IMG/VR virus record: IMGVR_UViG_2902076858_000006
From: an uncultured virus (IMG/VR IMGVR_UViG_2902076858_000006)
Taxonomy: Duplodnaviria; Heunggongvirae; Uroviricota; Caudoviricetes
Length of the DNA stretch: 64,000 nucleotides
Direction: 5' to 3' (one strand)
Shown here piece after piece: positions 50,814 to 59,803 of the stretch. Within the stretch, counting starts at the first letter, position 1. Every line of letters begins with the position of its first letter. Below the pieces are notes generated by a model that had not been told where the DNA came from, searched no databases, and was given only the letters and a program-made list of their open reading frames with translations. A program made the position numbers and the translations under genes.

Positions 50814-51921
50814 GAAAAACATTGATATCCCAAATTTATATACAACGTATCATCCAAGAATGCGAAAAATGTATTGGCGATATCGCCACCCTATAACGGG
50901 TAAATTTCATTCCTTGGGCGCTGATGAAACTCAAGCGCGATTAATTGCCATCGAAGCCAATAGCCGTATTGCAGAACAAAGAACGCGCCAAATTTTAGCC
51001 ATTAGTGATCGTATTGCAACTGACAAAGATGAGTCAATTACAGTTGCCACATGGTTAGATCGTTATTGGAATATCCAAAAGGAACGTTTAGATCAAGGAG
51101 AGATACAACTTGCCACCTATCGGCAAAAGAAAAAGCCCATCGCCCTCATGCGCCAAAAACTGGCTTTACTTCCACTAGCAAAAGTGGGCACTCGAGATTT
51201 GGTTAGTATTCTCGATGAGTATAAAGCCGTAGGACAATCGCGTATGGCACAAGTTGTTAGATCAGTTTTTAGTGATATTTTTAAAGAGGCGCAACATGCA
51301 GGTGAAGTTCCACCAGGTTATAACCCCGCATTGGCAACCAAAAGGCCAAAAACTCGGATTAAGCGCCAAAGATTAACTTTAGATGAGTGGCATCAAATTT
51401 ATGATTTAGCTGACAAGCAACATCGTTATATGGGCAATGCGATGCTCCTTGCACTCGTAACAGGTCAACGTATTAGCGATATCTCACGGATGCGCTTTCA
51501 AGATATCTGGGATGATCATTTGCATGTTGTTCAAGGTAAAACGGGCGCTAAAGTGGCCATTCCCCTTTCTTTACGCAATCAGGCAATTAATGTTTCACTT
51601 AAAGAAATCATTGAGCGCTGTCGTGATCGAGTGGTGAGCCACTACTTAATTCACTATTTTCGAACCACATCGCAAGGACAACGAGGAGGCTCTGTCACAG
51701 CAAATACGATGACAACGAATTTTACCAAAGCGAGAAATAAAACCGATATTGATTGGGGGGAAGGAATGCCAGCCTCCTTTCATGAACAACGTTCATTATC
51801 AGAACGTTTGTATCGAAAGCAGGGTATCGATACACAAGCTTTATTGGGGCATGCGACTCGTGCACAAACTGATCGTTATAACAATGTTAGAGGCAAGGAA
51901 TGGATAACCATCGCGTGTTAA
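50794..51921 (+). CDS. int: Lambda-type tyrosine integrase
   Basis: TGQR, QGKTG, FHEQRSL, LLGH, RY. Confidence 0.95.
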   Translation: MTGRPREKNIDIPNLYTTYHPRMRKMYWRYRHPITGKFHSLGADETQARLIAIEANSRIAEQRTRQILAISDRIATDKDESITVATWLDRYWNIQKERLDQGEIQLATYRQKKKPIALMRQKLALLPLAKVGTRDLVSILDEYKAVGQSRMAQVVRSVFSDIFKEAQHAGEVPPGYNPALATKRPKTRIKRQRLTLDEWHQIYDLADKQHRYMGNAMLLALVTGQRISDISRMRFQDIWDDHLHVVQGKTGAKVAIPLSLRNQAINVSLKEIIERCRDRVVSHYLIHYFRTTSQGQRGGSVTANTMTTNFTKARNKTDIDWGEGMPASFHEQRSLSERLYRKQGIDTQALLGHATRAQTDRYNNVRGKEWITIAC

Positions 51922-52174
51922 CCTTATTTCTGACCTTATTTTAATCCATCAGATAATCTGCAAATGATAATTTTCACCACTTTTATCATGTAGTTTGCAG
52001 ATTATTTTTCTTCTTTTCCATTTCACCGTAAATAAAACCTTATCGCCTATTTCTATTGCTTGATTTTAACGCTGACATTTTATTCATTGTTTGTTTGCTT
52101 TTGCTACATCTGGTTATTTTTAACACAAAAACACGCATCAACACGTTACACAAACTCATAAGAAAGCCTGTAAC

Positions 52175-52200
52175 AAAAACGGGAACCCTTAAGTTCCCGT
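52175..52200. terminator. Intrinsic terminator downstream of icd 3' copy
   Basis: ACGGGAAC..GTTCCCGT hairpin, T-run on the minus strand. Confidence 0.75.
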
Positions 52201-52224
52201 AATCAATTCGCAACGCTAATTATA

Positions 52225-52389
52225 TTACATATGTTTGATAATCGCGTCACCAAACTCGCTACATTTCAGCAGTTTAGCGCCTTCTAACTGACGTTCGAAA
52301 TCATAAGTTACGGTCTTAGCGGCAATCGCGCCTTCCATACCTTTAATGATTAAGTCAGCCGCTTCTGTCCAACCCATGTGGCGTAACAT
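52225..52389 (-). pseudogene. icd: Duplicated 3' end of icd (att-site duplication)
   Basis: [34 protein letters not shown]...IIKHM*. Confidence 0.95.
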
Positions 52390-52574
52390 TATACCCATAA
52401 TAATTAAGTAACTTATTAAATAAATTATAATTATTGAGGGGATAATTTATTTTTTATGTGATCTTGGTTTGTATGTAACTGGTTGATTTTTAGTTTGGGT
52501 TGGGGTGGTTTTGGGGAAATATTTGAAGTGGTCGAGAGCTTATCAAACTTGCTATCAACCATTCGAACTTAATT

Positions 52575-52600
52575 ATCAGCTTTGAGCGAAGAGCGAACAT
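52575..52600 (-). repeat. Cargo-end palindrome, CGCTC type
   Basis: Minus strand ATGTTCGCTCTTCGCTCAAAGCTGAT. Confidence 0.7.
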
Positions 52601-53056
52601 TCACAGTCGGGGAATGAGGACCTTGTTTATCGAGAAGGTTAATCTGATTAACCCAACATAGGCATAAATGATGAAGTTGACCAAAAAACAGGTTATCAAT
52701 ACACTGTCGCTGCCACTTATATTACCCAGCCCCCCACCTGATGTTCTCGCTGTTGATAGAGGATTACGAATAATTCTAAGCACCAATAAATGGGGGCTGG
52801 CTAAGCTGTTTGACCGTGAATTACTTCCGATCCTCTTCAAGTACGATAGATTTTAGCAGAAACGGATTCGATGAATAATACCGCAGTGAGTACTGCGACA
52901 TTATGAGGTTGCCAGTTCTGCCCGTCATTTAAAACAGGGGGGAGGAAAGGAGGCTCATGGGATGTATACTCAAACAAGCTGCTCCTTGCGTCATTCCAAG
53001 CCTGAATTATTTCCTCCGAGCAATGCATCTTCCTTAATGTGTTTATAATGTGATCA

Positions 53057-53120
53057 TATACCCTTATTCATTCAAACTGCAGGTTGCACTCAGCCTACAG
53101 CTTGAATTACGTTGGGTATA
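53057..53120. repeat. Short ERIC/IRU-like element
   Basis: TATACCC...TTCAAACTGCAG...CAGCTTGAA...GGGTATA termini. Confidence 0.75.
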
Positions 53121-53290
53121 TATACCGGATTAAAATATCAACTAAGTAAGGTAACTATTGTATTTTGAATAAATAACTTTTTTAAGATTTGTAGTATTGG
53201 AAGGCATATTGAGAATAACGCAACATGCAGAAATTGAAAGGGAAATACGAAGTTTTATCGGTGCCGGTTAAATAACTGGCACCAGGGAAA

Positions 53291-54256
53291 TTAACGCCAG
53301 CGTTCTGTCGCCCAGGCGACCTGCTGTTGTGCGTCGTGAAAAGTCCAAGCCACGAAGCGACTGATTTTTTGCCCCTGCGCCATTTCAATGGTACGGACTT
53401 CGGCCGCACCCACCAGCTTCAAGGCGTGATAAATCGAAGGCAAGGTAGTGCTTTTAGAAATCAACGAGGTGAACCACAGGCAGTTTTGCGCCAGGCTAAC
53501 GCTCTCCTCTACCATTTTACGCACAAAGGCTTCTTCACCGCCTTCACACCATAGCTCTTTATTTTTGCCGCCAAAGTTATGTACCGGCGTGTCGGCTACT
53601 TCGCCTTTACCCAGTTTGTGCAGTTTGCGGCGGGTGCTGGCTTGCGCTTCCTGTTCAGAGCTGTGGAACGGTGGATTACACAGTATGGCATCAAATTTCT
53701 CCGCCACGCCGATGATGCCGTTCAAAATACATTCGGGGTGTTTTTGTAAACGCAGGCGCACGCCGTTTCTCAGTGTCGGATTCATCTCCACGATCATTTT
53801 GGCCGAATTGAGCGATATCGGATTAATCTCCGAACCGGTAAAACGCCAGCCGTATTCACGCAGGCCAATAATCGGATAAATACAGTTGGCACCAACACCC
53901 ACATCAAGGATCGCCACGCCTTTACCGCGAGGGAACTCACCGCCGTTGCTGGTCGCCAGCAGGTCGGCCAGATGGTGTAAATAGTCGGCACGCCCGGGGA
54001 TCGGCGGGCACAGATAATCGGCGGGAATGTCCCAGTGTTCAATGCCATAAAAATGTTGCAGTAATGCACGGTTGAGCATTTTAACCGCCGCAGGATCGGC
54101 AAAATCTATCGAGATGTCGCCCCAAGCGTTCGGCTTGATGAACGGCTCCAGTGCGGGGCAACTAGCGATCAGCGCCGGGAAATCATAGCGTGAACGATGA
54201 CGGTTACGCGGGTGCAAGCCGCTTTTCTGCTGCAGGAAGGTTTTCTTTTTTTCCAC
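53291..54256 (-). CDS. rlmF: 23S rRNA m6A1618 methyltransferase RlmF
   Basis: LHPRNRH..YDF, LCPPIPGRADY, DVGVGANCIYP, CNPPFH, MAQGQKISRF; GTG start at 54256. Confidence 0.93.
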   Translation of the reverse strand: MEKKKTFLQQKSGLHPRNRHRSRYDFPALIASCPALEPFIKPNAWGDISIDFADPAAVKMLNRALLQHFYGIEHWDIPADYLCPPIPGRADYLHHLADLLATSNGGEFPRGKGVAILDVGVGANCIYPIIGLREYGWRFTGSEINPISLNSAKMIVEMNPTLRNGVRLRLQKHPECILNGIIGVAEKFDAILCNPPFHSSEQEAQASTRRKLHKLGKGEVADTPVHNFGGKNKELWCEGGEEAFVRKMVEESVSLAQNCLWFTSLISKSTTLPSIYHALKLVGAAEVRTIEMAQGQKISRFVAWTFHDAQQQVAWATERWR

Positions 54257-54300
54257 CGTGAAAGGTTCTCTTAAAGGTATTTCTGACGCGTACGATACCA

Positions 54301-54495
54301 TATACCCTATAGCTTTCAAGTTGCAGCTAACAGCTCGGGATGAAACCGTATTAAGCCTGCATTCAGAGCTTATGCCGGAATGTCCTGCTCTTTATACATA
54401 ACGCAATTCAAGATGCAGGAAGGCGGCAAGGGAAGATAGACAGGGAACATACATCAGTTTGTGACCTGGCTGAGTGCGGCCAACGAACCTGCCCA
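54301..54495 (+). repeat. ERIC/IRU-like fragments (54301-54330 and 54393-54495)
   Basis: TATACCC..TTCAAGTTGCAG and TTCAAGATGCAGGAAGGCGGCAAG..GTGAC..GGCCAACG. Confidence 0.7.
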
Positions 54496-54511
54496 CATGT
54501 AAAATTCAAAT

Positions 54512-54536
54512 GGCTGTTTTGAGCGAGTAGCGGACG
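54512..54536 (-). repeat. Cargo-end palindrome, CGCTC type
   Basis: Minus strand CGTCCGCTACTCGCTCAAAACAGCC. Confidence 0.78.
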
Positions 54537-54679
54537 CTCGTATCTGTCCCAACACACTGAGGGCTTCACGAACACCTAGGTGTATTCGTCTACTAGGAAA
54601 AAGTCAGATTAGCTACGTAAGTTTCAGCGTAAAAATTGGGCGCTATAAAAGTGCCCAAACTGTAGAATAATATATGATG

Positions 54680-57600
54680 CTATGTATCTGAGCCAAACAT
54701 AGAGCCCCGCCTTGTTATTTTATAATAAGTGGGATTTTCTTCATCCACCTCAAAAGCAGAGAAGAAGTGGTTATCTCTTAATGCTGTTAATAAACTTTGA
54801 TTAGTTGAATCAACTTCAATTTTAGGTTTGCCTCGCCCCAAAATTTTACTGAACTCCGATAAACCAAGCAGATCAAGATACTCTTTGCAAGTCGTCTTAC
54901 TCAAATCCTTACCCGGCAACAAAGCGATTAGCAGTGCTATTTTATTCTGTATATTCAGTCCCTCTGCGACAAACAGGTTTTTTAGTAACGGTTCAGAAAC
55001 ATCATTAGGGCTTGCTATCAATGCTGATATATCCTGTATTGCTCGACTCAAGATGAGCGACTGAGTAGAGGTTCCCCAAGTTTTATAAGATGACGTTAAG
55101 ATTAGAAGTTCATCTGGTTTAAAATTATTTTCTAAAATATAGTCATTAACGACCTGATGGTAATTCTTACCATGAATAGCCAACGGTGTTTTAACAAACT
55201 CGAGTAGCTTAAATTTCAAATCATCATCAACTTCCCAAGAAAGTATTGATATAGCCTCATCCAAAATAAAGTTATCAATCGTCATTAATTCAACGTATGC
55301 CCTGATATTCTTATCAATATAATAGGAAAGGTGCTCCGAATAGTTATCTCGTATGAAATTAAGTGGAGAAATACTCATACGAATAATATTTTTATCCACT
55401 AATATTTTGAACTTATCACCTGCAATATTACTAGCGCTAAAAGAGGTCTTATAAATAAGGTTTAGTGAACAAATTAATTTTTCATATTTATCATTTGATA
55501 AATCATTACAGATAACAATCGACTTAAATAATTTATCTTTAAGCTCATTATCAATGTTAATATTTTGAAAATTCAGCTCTGCATCAGTTCTATTGATAAA
55601 TTCGATAAGTGAGTCATCCAGTCCATCAACATGTTCAAAATAAGAGACAATATTTTCCTCGGAGCAAACGGCTCTATCTTTATCCAACAAAGATGACCAT
55701 AAGGATTCGCTCTCAACCTCACTCAGAGAAGTCACTAAAATTTGCAAAGAGTTTATATACTGGCCTTTTTGTTCATCAGATATTTTCTCATTATTAAGAA
55801 CGGATAAAACAATGGCTTCATCATCCAAGATTGAACCATCACAACTAGATAAAACCATATCCAGATAGTCACTAATATGGTTATTAACATAACTAGCCAA
55901 GGGAGAATCAGGCTGTGACATCACTAGTGTATAGTTCTTATGGCGAATATCATCTTCACTGTTAAGCGTGTAAACCTTACTCAGCATTAAGCTCAGGTTG
56001 GCAAAATTAATATCATAAAGTGAATGCTGATAAACCGCATCAAAGAGTACTTTATTTGCGTTTTCAAATTTAATACTGACAAAAGAGACGTTAAGCAACT
56101 TAAAACCACTAATTAACTTGTCAACCTTCGGCTCTGATATTGCTAAATAATCCGCCGAATTCGAGAGGTAATCAGTCAAACAATTATCAATGTTAATCGC
56201 CTCAATGTCGTTACTGGCAGAATAATAAAATGTGCCTATAGAGTAGCGTCTAACCCAATCAGCAGAAAATTCACTCTCTGTCAGCGCATAAGAAAAGAAC
56301 TCAGGCCACTGTGTATTTAATCGATTAATGAAGCCTGGCTGAGCCCTCTCAGTTTCAAAGTAGCCGCGAATAAACTCAACTCTTCTATCTTTTCTTAGTT
56401 GTTTGAATAAACGTTTTATTAAGTTTACTTGGGCTGGCGTTTGAAGCAGATAAGCTAATAGATCAAAATTAAGCGCCTCTTCCTGTTCAAAATCAACTTC
56501 TCGAAGGCGGGCAACCACCAGCTTAGGGTTCTTGAGTTGATAAGTGAACTCTTTGCCTTTTTGATCGGTAATGCTGCGTAAAAACATTTTATCAATTCGA
56601 CTCAGGCTATTTTCATAAAAATAGGTCATATAGTCGGCATAGGTTTCATCAATATAGCCATCACGTATAAGGTATTTAAGCAAGTCAAAATACTCACTAC
56701 TTTTTATTTCATTAAAATCTCTTTTTTCTCCAATTTCATTGATATAGGTGAGCTTAAATATTTCATCAATGTTTTCTCTTGTTATTATTTCTTTAAGTTT
56801 TTTATTCCTAGAATAAACCAAACGTTCTCTTGACCTTGATATAATCTCATTGATTTCTTCTATTTTCCCATTAATTTTATTTTCAACGCTTTCTTTTCTC
56901 GCCGCCCTTCTCTTTTCTATATCAGCTTTCTCAGCCTGATGATAGTAAGAGTTATTATATTTAGACAGTTCCTTTTCATATATAGTATCAACCTCCTGAC
57001 TAGAATTGAGTATTTCATCATTGATTACCTCAATCTCTTTTTTTCTATCACTAATATCTTTTTCTATTTCTTTTATTTCTCTTATAATAAGATTGTCCTT
57101 TTCACTAAATAAGGCAAAAACCATACCTTGATTAAGTTGCAACTCACTAAAATCTCGTGGAAAGATATTTTTATAGGCAATAATGGCCAACATTTTATTA
57201 CAGTCAAGTTCTGTCGTATTTAATTTATTATAATAAATTTGAAATTCATTATAAATATTCTTCAATATTCTCATGTCATCAATATATAGCGACATCCCTT
57301 GTAGAAATCGTTCATTGAACAACTTGAGAATACCCCCATCATCAAAATGTGAGATAAACTGATCATAAGAGTTAGAACTATCAACAACAGGAATAACTGG
57401 AATGATATAATCAAAGAATTTCGTTCTATCCTTCGAAATGAAGATATCATCACGAAGCAAGTAAATAAAACGTAACGTCGATTTCTTGTGCCCTGCTAGG
57501 GTCCGTTGAATATTAACTAGCCTATTCACCTCATGAAGACGTTCAAAGATATGATTACTATTAAAACGGTCCATATCTTCAAAAATAATAGCATCAGCAT

Positions 57601-58309
57601 CAACGTTCTCAAAAAGGTATAATACTTCATTTAAATACCGATCAAAATAAGACTCTTCACTCTCTTCAAAAATCTCTATTTCATTACCCTGTACATTTAT
57701 CTTTTTAAAGACATTACGATTCTTTTGGGTTTTTATTAGTTTATAAACAAAGATAAAAGACAGGATAGTAGCTATAAAACCGCTAATTAAAAGCGTATCG
57801 TGTCTTGTCGATAATGTTAGTAGTGTCTTTAAAAAACCATCAGATAAAAGTGAAACAAACTCACCCCACTTATTAAATAGAGTGATATGCAGTACCGTTG
57901 CGATAAATAACACCGTGAAGATAGTATTTATCACAATGTTGCTCATTTTTATTTTTTTCTTTACTTTAAAATGCGTCTGGGGAATATCATCAGCATTAAT
58001 TTGGTGAATTAACTGGTTAAGAATTTTACCTTCTAACGCTGTTTCGCTTATGGCTTTACTAGGTTCATTAGTTTCAGCTTCCTCCGTCGCTCTGAAATGG
58101 GCAAGTGAAATATGAACAAACTTTATATTCGAATGACTTTTCTTATATGATTCGACAAGGCTACTTTTTCCTGCGCTATATTGCCCTGATATTGCAATAT
58201 TTTTTAGATCGTCATTGGCAAAAACAAAATCTATCGCATTTTTATATATACCCAGCTCAACATCACTGAACGGCGTTAGCTTTTGAAATTTATAGCTGTC
58301 ATCACTCAT
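54680..58309 (-). CDS. YobI/KAP-like P-loop NTPase with two TM helices, 1209 aa
   Basis: NIAISGQYSAGKSS, two TMs inside the NTPase domain, IIFEDMDRF, RTKFFDYIIPVIP. Confidence 0.85.
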   Translation of the reverse strand: MSDDSYKFQKLTPFSDVELGIYKNAIDFVFANDDLKNIAISGQYSAGKSSLVESYKKSHSNIKFVHISLAHFRATEEAETNEPSKAISETALEGKILNQLIHQINADDIPQTHFKVKKKIKMSNIVINTIFTVLFIATVLHITLFNKWGEFVSLLSDGFLKTLLTLSTRHDTLLISGFIATILSFIFVYKLIKTQKNRNVFKKINVQGNEIEIFEESEESYFDRYLNEVLYLFENVDADAIIFEDMDRFNSNHIFERLHEVNRLVNIQRTLAGHKKSTLRFIYLLRDDIFISKDRTKFFDYIIPVIPVVDSSNSYDQFISHFDDGGILKLFNERFLQGMSLYIDDMRILKNIYNEFQIYYNKLNTTELDCNKMLAIIAYKNIFPRDFSELQLNQGMVFALFSEKDNLIIREIKEIEKDISDRKKEIEVINDEILNSSQEVDTIYEKELSKYNNSYYHQAEKADIEKRRAARKESVENKINGKIEEINEIISRSRERLVYSRNKKLKEIITRENIDEIFKLTYINEIGEKRDFNEIKSSEYFDLLKYLIRDGYIDETYADYMTYFYENSLSRIDKMFLRSITDQKGKEFTYQLKNPKLVVARLREVDFEQEEALNFDLLAYLLQTPAQVNLIKRLFKQLRKDRRVEFIRGYFETERAQPGFINRLNTQWPEFFSYALTESEFSADWVRRYSIGTFYYSASNDIEAINIDNCLTDYLSNSADYLAISEPKVDKLISGFKLLNVSFVSIKFENANKVLFDAVYQHSLYDINFANLSLMLSKVYTLNSEDDIRHKNYTLVMSQPDSPLASYVNNHISDYLDMVLSSCDGSILDDEAIVLSVLNNEKISDEQKGQYINSLQILVTSLSEVESESLWSSLLDKDRAVCSEENIVSYFEHVDGLDDSLIEFINRTDAELNFQNINIDNELKDKLFKSIVICNDLSNDKYEKLICSLNLIYKTSFSASNIAGDKFKILVDKNIIRMSISPLNFIRDNYSEHLSYYIDKNIRAYVELMTIDNFILDEAISILSWEVDDDLKFKLLEFVKTPLAIHGKNYHQVVNDYILENNFKPDELLILTSSYKTWGTSTQSLILSRAIQDISALIASPNDVSEPLLKNLFVAEGLNIQNKIALLIALLPGKDLSKTTCKEYLDLLGLSEFSKILGRGKPKIEVDSTNQSLLTALRDNHFFSAFEVDEENPTYYKITRRGSMFGSDT

Positions 58310-58565
58310 TGATATCCCTTCCCCATATTCACCGAGAGCTACTTCTCAGAGTTAATTAAACAAAATCATACAGATAAATGTTCGCCCTATTATAGCAGAA
58401 ACAATGCTAAAGATTAGTCAAAGCCTCGTTGTTTTTCTTCCCCTATCCATCTGATTTTACGTTAAATATTGCCTCTGCAACGTGTCCAATACTTTTGCCT
58501 TGGGCTTGTATTCCTTGATATTTACCAATAAAGCCATATGGATCAAGACATTTACGAAGTAGCAA

Positions 58566-58590
58566 CATCCGCTTCTGGCACAAAACCGAC
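58566..58590 (+). repeat. Cargo-end palindrome, GGCAC type
   Basis: CATCCGCTTCTGGCACAAAACCGAC. Confidence 0.78.
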
Positions 58591-58662
58591 CACCAACGAA
58601 TATATCCTTTTTTAGCGATCTCTCGTACTCAATAACTAAACTAATCATCTAAACTCTTTCTA

Positions 58663-59304
58663 TCACCCACCATACTCCCTCACATCAATATAAAAATACT
58701 GCTTACCTAATGAGGTTGTTGACATCTGTCCTGAAACTATCATGGAATGAGGAATAATACGGTTACCTCGTCCACAAAGAGTTACTCTAATCGTTTTTCC
58801 TCCCATCGAATCCATCATCCCAATCTGCCCTATTGTTGTGATTAATACCGCACAAGGGAATCCGACATCCACACCATTCCAATTATTTCCTGTGAGTACA
58901 AAGTTATTTCCCTCTAATAAATTAAGCGGTCTTTGGCTTGAAGCGTGTGTAATAACACCTTTATGATAGATTTGAATTCCCCATTTTTGAGGATGAAGTG
59001 AAATATGATAAGAAGACTTCACAAATACATAGAGCTCATATTCTGCTGAATTACCTTGAATAGTATCGATTAAATTCACACACCACGCATTGTTCTCATA
59101 AATCACTTCAGATAATCCACTTAATGATGGATTAGAGGCATTAAGAACTCGAATAAAAATAAGTGGCACTGCGTTATTATTACCTTCGATAACTTTAATT
59201 AGTCCTGGATTAGTTTTTATCTTTTTTAAAAATACGGCTGATTCATAAGGTGTTAATTCTTCGGTAATACCCTGATTAAAAAATAATGCACCATATTTAC
59301 TCAT
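58663..59304 (-). CDS. Tail-tip accessory / receptor-binding protein
   Basis: YGA and WGIQIY motifs; position after tail tip. Confidence 0.6.
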   Translation of the reverse strand: MSKYGALFFNQGITEELTPYESAVFLKKIKTNPGLIKVIEGNNNAVPLIFIRVLNASNPSLSGLSEVIYENNAWCVNLIDTIQGNSAEYELYVFVKSSYHISLHPQKWGIQIYHKGVITHASSQRPLNLLEGNNFVLTGNNWNGVDVGFPCAVLITTIGQIGMMDSMGGKTIRVTLCGRGNRIIPHSMIVSGQMSTTSLGKQYFYIDVREYGG

Positions 59305-59564
59305 TTAATTAGTACCATAATAATTCCATTAATCGATTGGCTACCGCGTAGAGAATTCCACGAGATTTTATTATTCTCGACTCTAACAGTGAAATAAGAT
59401 CCTCGATTTCTAGCGACAATATAGGCGGCCAATGACCGCCCTTTAGGAATATTATTATAAGTTTTACTGCCATTTTGAGTAACCGCTATTTGGTCAAAAA
59501 TAAACGAACGCCCTGTGATTTTTATTGGCTTTCCTTTTTCATATATCTCTATTCCCCACGACAT
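59301..59564 (-). CDS. Small tail-tip accessory protein
   Basis: MSWGIEIY start; overlapping operon. Confidence 0.6.
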   Translation of the reverse strand: MSWGIEIYEKGKPIKITGRSFIFDQIAVTQNGSKTYNNIPKGRSLAAYIVARNRGSYFTVRVENNKISWNSLRGSQSINGIIMVLIK

Positions 59565-59800
59565 GAGAAATCCTCTACGGCATCAGGAGATACCCATCCT
59601 CCCAAGAATTTAAATCCTAATTGAGGTACAGCATGATAAAGAGGCCCTTTAATGGTTTCTCGTTTTTTATCAAACTTCACCAATACAGGTTGTTGATAGT
59701 GAAAAGTTTTTATTTGGTAAACACCTTGGCAATCGACTTTTTTATATCCAGAGGTACACCCTGACAATAATAATGCTGTAATTAAAACAATAAACTTCAT
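59549..59800 (-). CDS. Cor-like superinfection exclusion lipoprotein
   Basis: LLSGC lipobox, two further Cys, directly after tail tip gene. Confidence 0.6.
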   Translation of the reverse strand: MKFIVLITALLLSGCTSGYKKVDCQGVYQIKTFHYQQPVLVKFDKKRETIKGPLYHAVPQLGFKFLGGWVSPDAVEDFSCRGE

Positions 59801-59803
59801 ACG

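Larger units (their letters stand above)
4063..52389. mobile_element. Lambda-like prophage B integrated at icd 3' end
   Basis: Bounded by icd duplications; int-xis-cI-rep-Q-lysis-cos-terminase-head-tail-cargo order. Confidence 0.9.

Noticed and set aside
52601..53028. Short ORFs 52601-52840, 52668-52856 and 52837-53028
   Set aside because: Overlapping, no motifs, many stops; probably degraded donor DNA
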